The notes beneath the pieces were generated by a model that saw only the letters and a program-made list of their open reading frames with translations, was not told the origin of the DNA and did no database searches. DNA of 63,575 nucleotides, filler included, from Sphacelaria rigidula (Eukaryota): NCBI GenBank assembly GCA_964200075.2. It is 11 parts of 11 records of this genome, joined end to end, with 100 filler letters (N's around TTAATTAATTAA, not from the genome) between each part and the next. Parts side by side here need not be neighbours in the genome. Positions count along the whole stretch, not along the records: positions 46,312 to 51,999 come from CAXNAA020025236.1; positions 52,100 to 57,787 come from CAXNAA020025237.1; positions 57,888 to 63,575 come from CAXNAA020025238.1; 8 more parts are not named here. The stretch is one strand, 5' to 3'. Position 1 is the stretch's first letter. Each line of letters begins with the position of its first letter. The position numbers and the translations under genes are program-made. Shown in pieces: positions 48,423 to 61,464 of the stretch.

Positions 48423-48984
48423 GTGAGCACTCAGCGTGTTTTTCTTTTTCGTCATATTTTCCCTCGTCGGTTGACTTTAATATTTTTTACTGTCAGTCAC
48501 CCAGTCTGAAATTGTTTGGCCCCCGCGCGTGCAGCAATGATAGCTGTTTTTTATTTTCGTTATGGCTACTTGTCTGCATGTGCATCAAGTTAATGTACTG
48601 GGTAATGTGGAATGTGTACTCCCATGTTATGCATTCGGTCTGCATATTGAGTCCGGTGATGTCTTCCTTGTTCTAGATTGATGTTGGGTCGCACCACTGA
48701 TCACCGCGGGTGAATAGTTGACCTCCCTCCTACACCCCCTCATCCTCACCGTCACCGTCGGCAAGGAACCCATAGTCTCGAGTGATGAAGCCACCTCTTC
48801 CCCAGTATATGTCTCACATCTTTTGTCGAACGTTGGATCATAATCATTATGATCATCAGCCCTCCTGCCGCCCGTCAACGTTCATATATATAAACATGGT
48901 TCCCTTGGGAGGTTGGTACGGGCCTCCCGGGGGTGACGCAAGTCGAAAATATATTTTGTCAAGTTTTCCACGATCTTGAAGAGT

Positions 48985-49170
48985 TGTGGTTCGGGATTGA
49001 CACCCCGCGAAAAAAGGCCAGTTTGAGCGACTTTCGGTGGCCAGAACACGCGCCACAGGTACAAGATGGCGCCTAAACCTGAACGGTAATGTACCGCTGA
49101 GCCTTCTCGGTGCGCCGCAATAAGACGTGTGGGAAAAAATGCCTTGCCGCCAGAGAAAACTCGGCAAAAA
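48985..49170. repeat. ~185-bp direct repeat, second copy at 50316-50500
   Basis: TGTGGTTCGGGAT.GACACCCCGCGAAAAA...TGCCTTGCCGCCAGAGAAAACTCGGCAAAA is present twice. Confidence 0.85.
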
Positions 49171-49725
49171 CGGTGGAATGATACATGTACATAATATACA
49201 TTGCGCGTAAAAGCACTGACAGCGCTTGCACGACCGTGCCTCCTGGAGCGAGTACCTCTACAGGCGATACCAAGATAGGTATCGCGTAGAATGACATCGT
49301 CCAGAGTGTACCCAATACGGATCGATGCTTGTTTGCCGGGGCAGGAGCCACCCAGCAGCTCATGATGTGGAAGTGAGCGCATCTGCGTGTCCACATATAC
49401 ATTCACTGACGTCTCAAACAGTCTGGGCCGAGGGGAGCCCGTTTTGAGGGCGTATCGATGGCATTGCCCAAAATCCGTACTCACTTCGTGCGTCTAGTGC
49501 ACCACGTAAAACGTGCCGCCGATGCGGGAATATGCTTTCTGTCTTGTGGTCTACCTCTGTGCCAATTTTCAGGCTGGTTCGTTCAGACACGGCGGAGAAA
49601 TCCACAAGCAAAGTAACGCTTGACTTGTGCTGAAAATACAGTACTACAGTAAGCCGTCGAAAGATACATGGGGTGCGTACTCGTATGATTCTCCCTGTCA
49701 TCCCTGTCACGAAAACAAACCTGTC

Positions 49726-49936
49726 TGTAATGCGTGAGAGGACCGCGTGCCTAAAGGACCGCGCCGTAGTTCGAAACACCTCAGGATCGACGTTTTCCAA
49801 AACCCGTCGGGCCAGTCCCTGCAGGTACTACGCCCCTGACCATAACCCCGACTCTAACCCTAACCCTAACCCTAACCATAGGGATATTCAAATTCCGATG
49901 CGGTCCTCAAAGCACGCGGTCCTCTCACGCATTACA
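49726..49936. mobile_element. 211-bp MITE, TGT...ACA ends, 25-bp perfect TIR, 5-bp TSD, internal (CCCTAA)n
   Basis: TIR TGTAATGCGTGAGAGGACCGCGTGC / GCACGCGGTCCTCTCACGCATTACA. TSD CTGTC at 49721-49725 and 49937-49941. Confidence 0.9.
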
Positions 49937-50610
49937 CTGTCAACCCTGCCACAAGGATATCCCTGCGCCTGAAATTCACAGGTGCATTCTACGGGTTGCA
50001 TGACCACAGGAATTTCGGCACCGCCTTTGCTGGTCAATACAGGTGGCCCACAGTTGGGACGTTTGCCCAGTGTGCGTGTGTGCCTTGTTCACCTCGTCAA
50101 AGACTCACCGCATGATCTGGTGTTTGCTGCTGACTAAGGCCAAGGCGATGTTCAATTGTTTTCAACTGCATTGCTCTCATGTTCTCGTGGTGGCATAAGC
50201 GGTGTAATCGTGCTCCCAAATGAACGAGAACCCGACGATGAGAAACACGGGGGGGAAAAACCCCGCCAACAATCATCCTGCTGCTTGAAGTTTTTCATGA
50301 ACTTGGGAAGGATTTTGTGGTTCGGGATCGACACCCCGCGAAAAAGAGCTAGTGCGGGCGACTTTCGATGGCCAGGACACGCGCCACAGGTATCAGATGA
50401 CACCCAAACCTGAGCGCTAATGTACCACTGCGCCTTCTCCGTGCACTGCAAAAGAAAGCGCGTGATGAGATGCCTTGCCGCCAGAGAAAACTCGGCAAAA
50501 TTGGTGAAAAAGACGGAAACGTAAAAGCACACGACAAAACCCTCGCGAAACAACCGGTGTCACACTCTCACTACGCCCGTAACTCACGAAAAAGTAATGT
50601 AAACCTGTAC

Positions 50611-51999
50611 AATGCTCCGGTCTTCACCTTTCGGTATATATATGTGGGCGCACCAACCGGGGTCACACAGGAGGTTGTTCTTTTTTATTTTTTTTTACTG
50701 CGGTGCTCACCTTCACTATTTATCGCGAGAAGGGTTCAGCAGTCCCTTTCCCTCGAAGTTTATTTTTGTGTGCTCACGACATGTTCGCCCTCCACTGTTG
50801 GGCATGGTGTGAGGGGAAGACGTTTATCGTCAAAAAATGAACTTCTTGCCAACAAATACACAAAGTCAAGACGTGAATTGGCATCGATTTCGGTATTTTT
50901 CAAGATGCAATGATGCCGATTCTCAAAGTGACCCGTCCAACACCCCGAGAAACATTTTCGACAAAAAAGTGAACTTCTACCGAGTCATGCTACGATAGGG
51001 GGGGGGTATTTTGGGCCGCTTTCTTCCGCGAAGCTCTACTTGCAATCGTCGTTGATAGCAGCAACGGTAGTTCGAACGCGCTTGCTTCCGATTTATAACG
51101 CTCATTTGTACTGTTTGACATCGCTTTTATCCAATAACCAGCGCATCGCGAGTGTGTGGGGTCATCTGATGCACCGCAAACTATGAGCCAATTTGTTCGT
51201 GGAATCGAACACCCCCCCCCTATCGTAGCATGACTCTACCATAGCATGGCTCCGGTCTACACCTTTCGGTATACATATGTGAGCGCACCAGCCGGGGTCA
51301 CACAGGAGCTTGTTCTTTATTATTTGTTTCTAGTATCCCACCTTCCTTCTGCGGTGCTTGCCTTTATTTTTTTATCGCTTACCGTGCAATCCAAATATCC
51401 GGGGACCGGACATGAAGATGCACGCAGGGAACTTTTCGTGAATCGGCATCATTTTCAGTCTTTTTCAAGATAAAATGATGCCGATTCTCAAAGTGACCCG
51501 TCCAACATCCCGAAAGACGTTTTCGACAAAAAAGTGAACTTCTACCATAGCATGGCTCCGATCTACACCTTTCGGTATACATATGTTGGCGCACCAGCCG
51601 GGATCACACAGGAGCTTGTTCTTTATTTTTTGTTTCCAGTACCCCACCTTCCTTCTGCGGTGCTTGCCTTTATTATTTATCGCGAGAAGGGTTCAGCAGT
51701 CCCTTTCCCTCGTCACGTTTATCTAAAAAAGCAAACTTCTTGCCAACAAATACACAAAGTCACGACGTGAATCGGCATCATTTTCTATCTTTTTCAAGAT
51801 ACAATGATGCCGATTCTCAAAGTGACCCGTCCAACACCCCGTGGAACATTTTCGCCAAAAAAGTGAACTTCTCCCATAGCATGGCTCCGGTCTACATCTT
51901 TCGGTATGTATATGTGGGCGCACCAGCCGGGGTCACACAGGGGCTTGTTCTTTATTATTTGTTTCTAGTGCCCCACCTTCCTTCTGCGGTGCTTGCCTT
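50611..51999. repeat. Tandem array of ~305-375-bp chimeric units (SINE-A body + palindromic module), 3.5 copies
   Basis: Units restart at GCTCCG(G/A)TC at ~50614, 51249, 51555 and 51884. The first half matches the SINE at 16586-16820. Confidence 0.85.
50982..51236. mobile_element. 255-bp MITE, GAG...CTC ends, 4-bp TSD (Sola2-like)
   Basis: TIR GAGTCATGCTACGATAGGGGGGGGGT / ACCCCCCCCCTATCGTAGCATGACTC. TSD TACC at 50978-50981 and 51237-51240. The empty site AACTTCTACCATAGCATGG is visible in the next tandem unit (51537-51555). Confidence 0.9.
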
Positions 52000-52167
52000 N
52001 NNNNNNNNNNNNNNNNNNNNNNNNNNNNNNNNNNNNNNNNNNNTTAATTAATTAANNNNNNNNNNNNNNNNNNNNNNNNNNNNNNNNNNNNNNNNNNNNT
52101 GATTATCTTGCATTTGGATGACAGCCTACAATGAGTTGCTTTATTTTTTGGTATCGCCACTTCCAGA

Positions 52168-53150
52168 GGAGGGGGGCGGCGGGGGGGGCGTACTCGTTCG
52201 TTGCTTGCCCTAGTCGTTTGGCGGTCGACATAGGGAGGGGGGGGGGGCGGGGGCGGGGGGAGAGGCGTACTCATCTGTTGCTTGCCTTAGTCGTTTGACC
52301 GTTGACCGACAGGGAGGGGGAGCGCACTCATTTGTTGCTTGCCTTGGTCGTTTGTCCATTGACCATGCATCCCCTGCGAGACGGAGCACCGTTCCTACTC
52401 CTAATAGAGATCCCTCCAACATTTGGGCGCCCATAGCGTTTCTTCCCTACACCGCACACAATATTTTTTATTATATCTCATCCCCTTCCTGACTCGCCGG
52501 CGGCGGCCACCATTTATCTTGTAGTATAGCGATCGCTCCCTCGCGACTGTCTAATGCATCAAACGATTTTATGCCACCTTTGTTTACTTCCCACACTTCC
52601 CCCTTCCAACACGTCCCGTTCCTCGTATTCTGTTCCTCGTATAGTTCACATTCTGTCACTATTTGAGGTCTACTCTCTATTGCTTTGCCACAGGTGCAAT
52701 GCTGTGTATCTACTTCCTCCTCCACTCAACTACTGGTATATGTTTTCTTCTTTCTGGCAGGCCCAGGTCTATGTCCCCAACCCGAGATCGCAGTCTCAAT
52801 TTTTCACGAGTTCCATTGAACCATGCATACATGTTTTCATTCCTATCCCCTTTCTCAACCCGTCGTATATCTCCAGGTGCTCTTCCTCGTCCACTTTCCG
52901 TCTTAGCGTCTTTACCCCCTTATTCGCCATGTACCCTGCTACGACAGCGAAGGGGGGGTATATTTTGTGCTATTTCTTCCACGAAATTCCACCTCACATG
53001 TCGTTGAAAGCAGTATCGTGAGTTCGAATGCGCTTGTTCTCAATAAGACACACTCAGAGATACTCCTTGACACCGTTTTCACCCATATACAAACGCACCG
53101 CGAGTAGTTAGGTCGTATGACACACCTGTCAAGCCCTGCTTGTCGTGGAA
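52168..53150 (-). mobile_element. 5'-truncated LINE: decayed ORF2 C-terminus with zinc-knuckle remnant and triplicated poly(C)-ended 3' terminus
   Basis: Minus frames give EEEEHLEIYDGLRKGIGMKT and EEEVDTQHCTCGKAIESRPQIVTECELY (degenerate CCHC). The terminus AAACGAC.A.GGCAAGCAAC..A.GAGT.CGC(C)n occurs three times at 52168-52360. Another fragment lies at ~57715-57787. Confidence 0.75.
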
Positions 53151-53277
53151 TCAATTGTCAAACGGCAAGCAACGAAGAAGCACCCCTTCCCCCCAACCGT
53201 AGCATTACTCGGTCGGGAGTGGGGTGTTTGGGCCAAATCATTCTTCGAAACTGGCCGCTTTGCATTCCCCGTGCCAA

Positions 53278-53637
53278 CGGGAAGGGGCGGGGCGGGAATC
53301 TCACGGGACCTTGTTAATTTTCCTGTGGGGACGGGACGGGACGGGACGAAACGGAACGGAACGGAGCGAGAATCTCATGGAACCTTTTTTATTTTCCTGT
53401 GGAGATGGGACACGGACGGGACGGGAATCTCGTTTGACGATATATCCTCCTTCCTGTGACAGCGGGACGAGAAGTTCCTGTCCCGACATCCGGGTTCCCG
53501 CCCCTTCCTGTCCCGTCGTATTTCCACGGGGGTACTTCTCATCTCGTAATTTTTTCGTAGCGCAGGAAATGTTCCTGTCCCGTCGCCTTGGAGAGGAGGA
53601 CAGAAATTCCCGTGCCGCTCCCCCGTAAAAAATACTG
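53278..53637. mobile_element. MITE-like element with (GGGAC)/(GTCCC) subterminal repeats
   Basis: ACGGG-type motifs point inwards in the left half and CCCGT in the right half. The right end is CCCGTAAAAAATACTG. The left TIR was not found. Confidence 0.55.
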
Positions 53638-56614
53638 GTACCCTTCTATCCCCATTGGACTCAGCTTTGTGTTGCCATGATCCATATAAAGCAAAGCTCA
53701 ACTGGTCTACAAGAATCAGACCTTTCCCCCCGTCCCCTTCTCCTTCGCTCCCTTGCCCACGTGTCACTGTTGCACCTCGTGTTACGGAACCCGGCGCCTA
53801 TTTCCAACTTGAAGCATCTCCTATGTCGGTCATAGACCAAAATTCCCGTAGCTGACGCTTCTCGAGGCAGTAACGAATACGGAGATAAACAGCCTGTTAG
53901 TACTTACTCTCCTCTGGGACATGGAAAGCAGCCGAAGAAGGGGTGTGACTCTAAGTTTCCCTGGTAATGGTTGTTGCGGTAATGGCCGTTGCAGTAGCAG
54001 TATGGATGCCGAACAGTTATGGGCGCGCCTGACCGCCCAAAATGGGCAAAAATAGTGTCACCGACCACAATTACGAACAGACACGAACATACCGATTTCT
54101 GGGGCTTAGTCAGGCTCGTGGGGTAGAATGCGCCTTACGTCATCGGAAGAGAACGGCATGGATCCAAAGTTTATAGCGAGAAAAGTGGACTGCATTCTGA
54201 AATCGGAACCCTACCGTTATTTCCGTCGCTGTTCCTCATATATATTACATGCCACTGCGTCTCTTTTCGTCCGCGCTTGCGATACACTGGATTGCAAGGA
54301 GGCTAGTCGGGTTGATCCGACCCGACGCACACCGAGAACCCTCGGGTAAGGGCGGTACATACATCACCTGACCACAGCAAGGCCTTGGTAGACCCCAAAT
54401 CGGCGCCTGTGGCGCCGATTTCAACGAAAACGCGTTCTGCGCACCCGAGGAGCACACGGGACTGTCAGCCCTACTAATATTCTGATTCTCGTTGTACACA
54501 CCCAAATCAAGTAATATCAACATATTTGTAGCCCAATGCCGGTAACTGAAACCAGGAGACTGAACCATTTCTGGGGGGGGTGCCGATCGAAATTTGGCCA
54601 ACATAATTTGCTCAACATGCGACGGAACCATATGTACTGATGAACTCCAACGAAGACGGCCCTTACACAGGCCAGTGGAGTACAAATAGTCGCCGGGTGT
54701 GCGATGTGGGCTGGGTAGGTGTTGGTCGACCATCTCCTCATGATTTGAGGAGCTTGGTTTTTGATTTATCCGATGCCATCGTTCCACAAATTTCGGCGGA
54801 TGAATAGCTCGCCTTGTGCAAGTGTATTTGTTGTTCCGTGGGCATGGTTTTTCATTTCATAAACATGATATTAACCTTTGACCGCGAGGGCTGGTCACCT
54901 GCTGAATCGGCATCAATTTTCACTTGAAAAAGTATGCATGGTCTGGATGGACTGCCCTCGCGGTCTAGGGTTTAATCAGACTCAAAGATATTATTGTGTT
55001 CCAAGCGGGAATGGAAACAAATCGTCGTCCGTCACCCACCAGTGCCGATACAACGGACGCGTATCTTAGGACGGGTGGGCCCACTGAAAGACATGAATGG
55101 GGCTTCAGTGCCATGAAGCTCCAGCGAAAATGGGCCGACGACTTTACGCTGTCTTGTATGTCGTCCTGACGCAGTATAGTTGACCATTCGGGAGGGTAAG
55201 TTGGCCCATCTTGATGTTAGTGTGGAAACCGAAATCCAGACCTTTCATGGGGGCTGTGCTCCCAGCTTCTAGCGTGCCCAGAACGCGTTTTTGTCTGAAT
55301 CGGGATCGATTTGAGGTCTGGCAACGCACCCTTCGCCTGGGGAACACGTTGCACCCCCCTTGCCCGAGGATTCTAGGTATGCCTTCGTTGTTGCTAGGGT
55401 TAGGGTTAGTGTTAAAATTTGTTTCTGAGGTTCGGTCGAAGGTTCAAATTTTACACCTGTCGAAAATTCCACATATCCGATGTCTCAACCATCTGCACTA
55501 TCAAGAGTCATTCATGGGTGCCATCTATTCTGAGACCGTTAGACAGGGGTGAGGTTTTCGCGTTTTGTAGAAAGCGGCGAGGGTTGGAGGCGCGTGTTTG
55601 TCATCATAGCCCAATCTGTTTCAGAAAATACTCATGGCCAAGGCCATCGATTGGGGTGCGACTTTTTGCATCATCTGCGCCAAGACGACAGCTACGACTG
55701 GCCCGGATGATTTTTTTTTCATCAGGATGCGAGTTTTATAACGAATTAAGTAAAACAAAATGTGGGTTTTCGCGATGTTCTCGATCACCGTAACTTCTTT
55801 GGTAAAACCATCCGCTCGGATTTGTAGCTTGGACAAATACACGCCGTTGAGTAGCCGAGTCACGCCGTGGTTCGTATTCCGGAACGACAAAACCTCGAAA
55901 CCGTGAAATGGAAACCCTACTCAAATCAAAAGTACTTTGAGAGATTTTACGGTGTGCATAGTCAAGGGATGAACGAGATCTCCGGTCTGATCAAGGCGGT
56001 CGGTGACACTTTTTTGGCTCATTTTCGGGGGTCAGGCGCGCTCATAACAGTAGATAAGGCGGAAAATTACTTCTTCGTGCTTTCTGGAGCACGATGAAGA
56101 TGCCACAAGATGTGAACCAGCGTGCTCTTCATGGCTAATGCAGGCTGTTGTCTAGCGTCACGAGTCGGACGAGTATTGACCATACGAGTGCTTCCGGGCT
56201 GGTCAGTGCCCCGTCACTGTCGGAGCGGTTTTTTCCACGATTCCGGGGTCTCCCGACCATCTGCGCGTGTTGCGAATTTAGTCCCTTCTTTGTATCAATG
56301 TCGACCACTACGCACTCCTCTTTCAATTTCAATGTACGGAGAGCGCTGTGCGGTAAAAGATCCTGAGGAGCAGCGTCGCAGACTCAAAAAACATGAACAA
56401 CGATGTCACTTTTTTTTTTTGTAGAGATGGAATGACCGTGCACTTTTCATGTGGAATATATATACATGAAACCATGGCAGAATTTTGTTAAATCAGAGTT
56501 TTTTTTTTTCAACATGAAGAAACGATTCTTTGTTTTTGAACACCAAATCCACGTAGCACCTGTTTTTTTTTCAACATGAATGGACGATTTTTTCGTTTCT
56601 GAAAATCAATTGAA

Positions 56615-56750
56615 CTAGTGGAATGCCACGGCTGGCGCACGTGGTAACAGTGCTGTAAGTATCAAGTATCCCGCAACCGGTCTGGGGTGCGTGGAGGTTT
56701 TGAACAACAAAGCGAGAAACAAATCAATGATGCTGGCACTCACAGTATAA
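56615..56750 (-). mobile_element. Helitron 3' terminus fragment, copy 2
   Basis: Homologous to 5421-5552. Hairpin CCACG..CGTGG, then CATTCCA-CTAG|T. Interrupts a ~65-bp degenerate tandem repeat (56497-56803). Confidence 0.7.
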
Positions 56751-58987
56751 GTTTGAATGAACGAATTTTTGGTTTTTGAAAATCAATTTCACGTGGCACC
56801 TGTTGAAGCTGAAACGGAAGCGATATTACCTTTTTTGTGTTTACTCCCACTGCCTTCTAGTCAAAGAAGTAAGGCCCCTGAGTTACGCTGTGCTGGGCAA
56901 GTTCCAGTATCACCGTAGCACCTGCGGCAGAGCGTGGCTGACACGATAACTGGAGTGTTCGCCATTATTCGCGACAATAAGTGACGCCTCTGCCGTGTTG
57001 TCGGTGGTCGATAGTGCTGTCGGCACTGAAATCGTTTTTTTTCTTCCCTGAGATTGACCATCGGATGGTCTTATGACTATGGCATGCATGATCATGAGTA
57101 CACTTCCCTGAGATGGGCATGGTGTCCTGAAAGCGTCCATCGACCAGCGCACGTGATATTGTCATTTATTATTTTCATTATTTATTTTAGTTTTCGCCCA
57201 TGAACCCAATCTCTCGAACCCGAGGTCGCAGACGTAGGCTCGCCTTTTTTACATGAGATAGAAGCGGTCATTGAGTGGCCTCTTCTGGCACTCCGGAAAC
57301 GAAACAAAGCGAAAAATAAAACAAAACAAAAACGAGAGAGATGCTCTAAGAGAACAGAGGAAATACCCCCCCCCCCCTCCCCTCTTCCTCCCCGGAACTG
57401 GTCGGAGTGTGGAAAAACAAACAAATCAGATCTGCCAGTAAAGTGAAGAAAATGAACTAACCACACCCTGGACAATGAATTGCATTGTAAAAAAAAGTAC
57501 TGGGTACAGTATGAAATCTAATGTCCATTGCAATAGACGCTATAGTCAATACTGTACGCAATACACTTCCTGACAATGTAGTTTAATTGCCATCATCCAC
57601 GGTGTGGAACTAACTAACCAACTGGGGACGAACGGAGCCTGCTCCACGGTTATGGGCATGTCGCCAAGAACATTTCCAAGACGATGCTGCGGTGTATGCA
57701 CACTGTACCTACTTATATCGTGGCCAGAGACGGCGAAACAGGACGGGGATAAGATATGTAAGAGGTTCTTGTGTAATGCACGGAAGANNNNNNNNNNNNN
57801 NNNNNNNNNNNNNNNNNNNNNNNNNNNNNNNTTAATTAATTAANNNNNNNNNNNNNNNNNNNNNNNNNNNNNNNNNNNNNNNNNNNNCCATCACTTTGCG
57901 GCCGCGGCACAACTGTCTGTGACCGTAAATGCGATTTCAGCCGTTTTTTGCTCCTAATTCCGCCGCACATGCCACCCTCAACTCTTTAAACTTCGCAGCT
58001 GACTGCAGTTTGGTATTTCGTTTCATGGGAACTTGTCAGATCGCAGTGCTACGTGAAGTGAAAGACGTGCGTTGATTTGCAGATTATCACGACGTGTCAT
58101 AGTAGGCACAACTCGCGATAGATCATCAGTAAGAACCGGCTGAAGGAAAGTCCGCTTCTTAGGCGGCCCAGCCTGTAGACGACGCCAACATCCGACGTCA
58201 TCGAAACATCACGGTTTCGGGTATAATTCGACCCCCGTAGTAACCGTTTTAAAAATGTAATTTTCGCGTGAGATTCCCGTGTTGATGAAGGTTACTACGA
58301 TTTGAAGCATGTAGATATTGGGTGAATATAGGGCTCGATATTCGTAATTTCGACCTCGGAACAGTTTGAAGGGCGCTGATTGGCTGAAACACATTTTCGT
58401 CCATAGCGCCACCGCCACGGCCTAAATAAAAACCCAGCTAGGTCACCCTCTTCGTCTCTTCATTGCGGTCAGTATGATACCATATATGCGACTATTGGGC
58501 GCGTGTGGCGGAAGGCATGTGCTGATGACACAATTTTGGGTGATCGTCGTGAACCAGCCTGTACGGATTTTGGGCAATGCCATCCATACGCCCTCAAAAT
58601 GGAGTCCCCTCGGCCCCGACTGCGTGCGACGTCAGTGGATGCATATGCTGACACGCAAATGCTCTCTCTTACACATCATGACCTGCTGGGTGGCTCCTGA
58701 CCCGGCAAACAAACATCGATTCGTATTCGGCAGACTCTGGGTGATATCATTCTACGCGGTACCCATCTTGATGTCGCCTTTAGAGGTGCTGACTTCAGGA
58801 GGCACGGCCGTGCTAGCGCTGTCAGTGCTTTTACGCGCTGAAACTTCGACCACATGCCATGTAGACAACAGACAACAACCTCATTTTGCTGAATCTGTGG
58901 TCGCGCAGTGTGTGCTTGCGTATTGGGGCGAAAATATGTCGGATTCTGTTCCGATGTTTTCCTTCTTCTTTTGGCGTAAGACCACGC

Positions 58988-59813
58988 TGTATGGCAGCCA
59001 ATCCCGAATCTGGCGGGACCCGAATCTATGTCAAATCGGGGGTACCCAGATTCGTGAAACTCAGATTCGTGTGTACCCCTGTGTGGCCTCACAGATTTGT
59101 TGGAATTGTTCTGTACACAAACGGTCATTTTCTGGGCGGGTGTGGTATCACAGTGAAGCCGAAGAACAGCAGGCAGAGAATCATCCTTCACGAGCAGCGT
59201 CGTACCGTGGTACCCTAGGGAGAAATGTTGTCAAGTACACTGCACAATCACAGTACACAATAACGCCGTGTGGCAATACATAATGGCACAGTCGGTATTG
59301 CGAGAACAGTGCACAGTGTGCGATAAGAGTTCACGAGTGCAATGTCATTCATCACCCTGCGAGAACCGCGACAGCAGAGTGTAGGATAGTAGTACAGTAC
59401 CGTTCGTTATGATGATGCATACAGCAGTACAGTGCAGGATGAATTTTTGCCATCACCGCAGGTACGGCGTCAACACTTCGTATCCGCTTCTCAAACCCCG
59501 TGCGGAGCTGCTCGAGCAGCCAGCGCTCGAAGACATTGTTTGTACTGTGACGAGACTGTCTGCTGCTGTTGCAAAAATACCAAACAGCTGTTGCTTTACC
59601 ATTGTACGTCAACATACGTACGTCAGTTGCTACAGGTTCGGGGGACCTCGATTTTCCACGGATCTGCGCTCAGATTCGTGTGAAACCGCTCTCAAATCGT
59701 AACAAACGAATCTGAGCTTGCCCGATTTGAGCCAAATTGGGGTCCATACGATGCGTTTCCGGATCTGAGGTAGCCCGATCTGCGTACCGATCCGTTTTTT
59801 TGACTGCCATACA
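58988..59813. mobile_element. Putative non-autonomous TIR element with AGATTCG/CGAATCT subterminal motifs
   Basis: TGTATGGCAGCCAA ... TTGACTGCCATACA (13/14 match). Clusters of GAATCT/AGATTC/GATCT lie near both ends. No TSD seen. Confidence 0.5.
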
Positions 59814-61464
59814 AATTGGTCAAAGACTGCTTATTCAATACGGATCTGTGCATCTTTCAGCTGCACGGTAGAAGCAAAAATCTCAAGAACAATCTTTGAA
59901 CCGGGCACATTTCTTGCACGATCATCTCTGCACCGTACATAACTCTCGTGTGACCCGAATTTGAACCAGTTCAGGAACATGGACACATGAAACAGACACG
60001 TGTAACGCCGCTCACGAGCCTCGCCATTTTGCGAACGAGGATTCTCGGAGTAGTTTCACAATTTGACTAGATGTAGAAAACCATCTCGAAGCAACACAGC
60101 ACGCTGAGGCTAGGCTGATCAGAAGGGGGAAATAGTGAACAGACACACGCATATATAAGCAAAGCCCTCCACTGACGGATATCGGTCTTAGTTCATGCAA
60201 TGACGCCTCAACTCCACATACCCGAGTTGTCAGTTCCACAGCAGGTACGGTCACGTTGCTCTACAGTAAGTATAGCACAGTGAAATACACTATTCTCACC
60301 TTAGTTATTTAGAACGCCCCAATTACCGTCGTAGAACTGAATATTGTAGATCTGATATTCCCTGTATCGAGTTATAAGTATCTCTGAGACCCTTGTTTGC
60401 TCCCGCAGCAGCTAACCTCCCGCGAACATGACCCTGTTCATGCTTCAGGTAACCCCTTTGTTTTTCACCATCACCCAGGTTCAATTTCTCAGACCTGTAA
60501 TCATCACAAGGATATAACTCAGACATTATATGCACTGCGACCCTGCTCGCCGGAAGAGTTCCTGGTATGCCGCGAGTGAGCAACAGCAGGAGATTTCCCA
60601 TACTTACCAACAAAGATTGATCTCGCAAGACTACCGGTTTGACATAATTTTGCCGCAAGAATATGATTGTTACTCACTAGGGAAATACAACGGTAATTTA
60701 GCCACTCGTTCGTTTGAGTTCGTTCTGTGATCAGCGGGAAGGAGATGTGTCTCCAGCTCGCTCCACGTGTAAAGCGCTCTAGCTTCTCGGGAAGTGACGG
60801 TGAATTGATCCTGTGTTGTACCTGAACTCACACGCCAGTAGAAGACTTGCCTGTCGAGAAGTGCACCTAGTCTGTTCTAGGAACACGAATGGGATCCTGT
60901 AGTTCTAGCGAAGCGATCCATGATGGCAGAGGAAATGCTGCAGCTCACAGGATTGGGAACGCATACAGGCATCCCTGGGCTGTAGCGACAGACACTCGAG
61001 ACTCGGTGGGGAAAAATAGCGGCGTCGGCGCTATCGAAAATCGCGCTGTGCACGTGGGTGCCATCTTAGGGATCGCAAGGTAGCGACGCGCTACATGTAT
61101 TATCATCTATTCTATGGGTAAACTTCTGCAACGAGCCTCGCACATTCCGTTAAACGAGGGATACTGCCCTACAAAAACCCTGGGGTGCACAGGAACGATT
61201 CATGCACAATCCCCCACAATTTTAAAAGCATTCCTAGTGATGTTGCTGTGGTGGGCAGGCGTGTTTCTCTCAGCGGCCGACCTCAGAAGTATATTCCAAA
61301 ACTGATGATACACAATACTGCTCTGGTAACATTCTTCACGTTCCCAAAACGTTTTCGATCCACGTGTCCATAGCGCTGGCGGAGGCGAATTTGCCACATG
61401 CGGGGAGGACAAGGTGAGCACACCACACACTTTCTTCCGGTACATATTTGACAACTGGTCGTTC

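Noticed and set aside
5691..57887. Regularly spaced TTAATTAATTAA motif every ~5.79 kb as a biological periodic element
   Set aside because: It is always embedded in exactly 44+44 N and the contigs are size-sorted, so it is an assembly linker. No synteny can be inferred across spacers.
58474..59283. 269-aa ORF and similar ORFs at 39383-39889 and 48882-49484
   Set aside because: They overlap a dispersed repeat whose copies do not conserve frame or stops. No recognisable domain.
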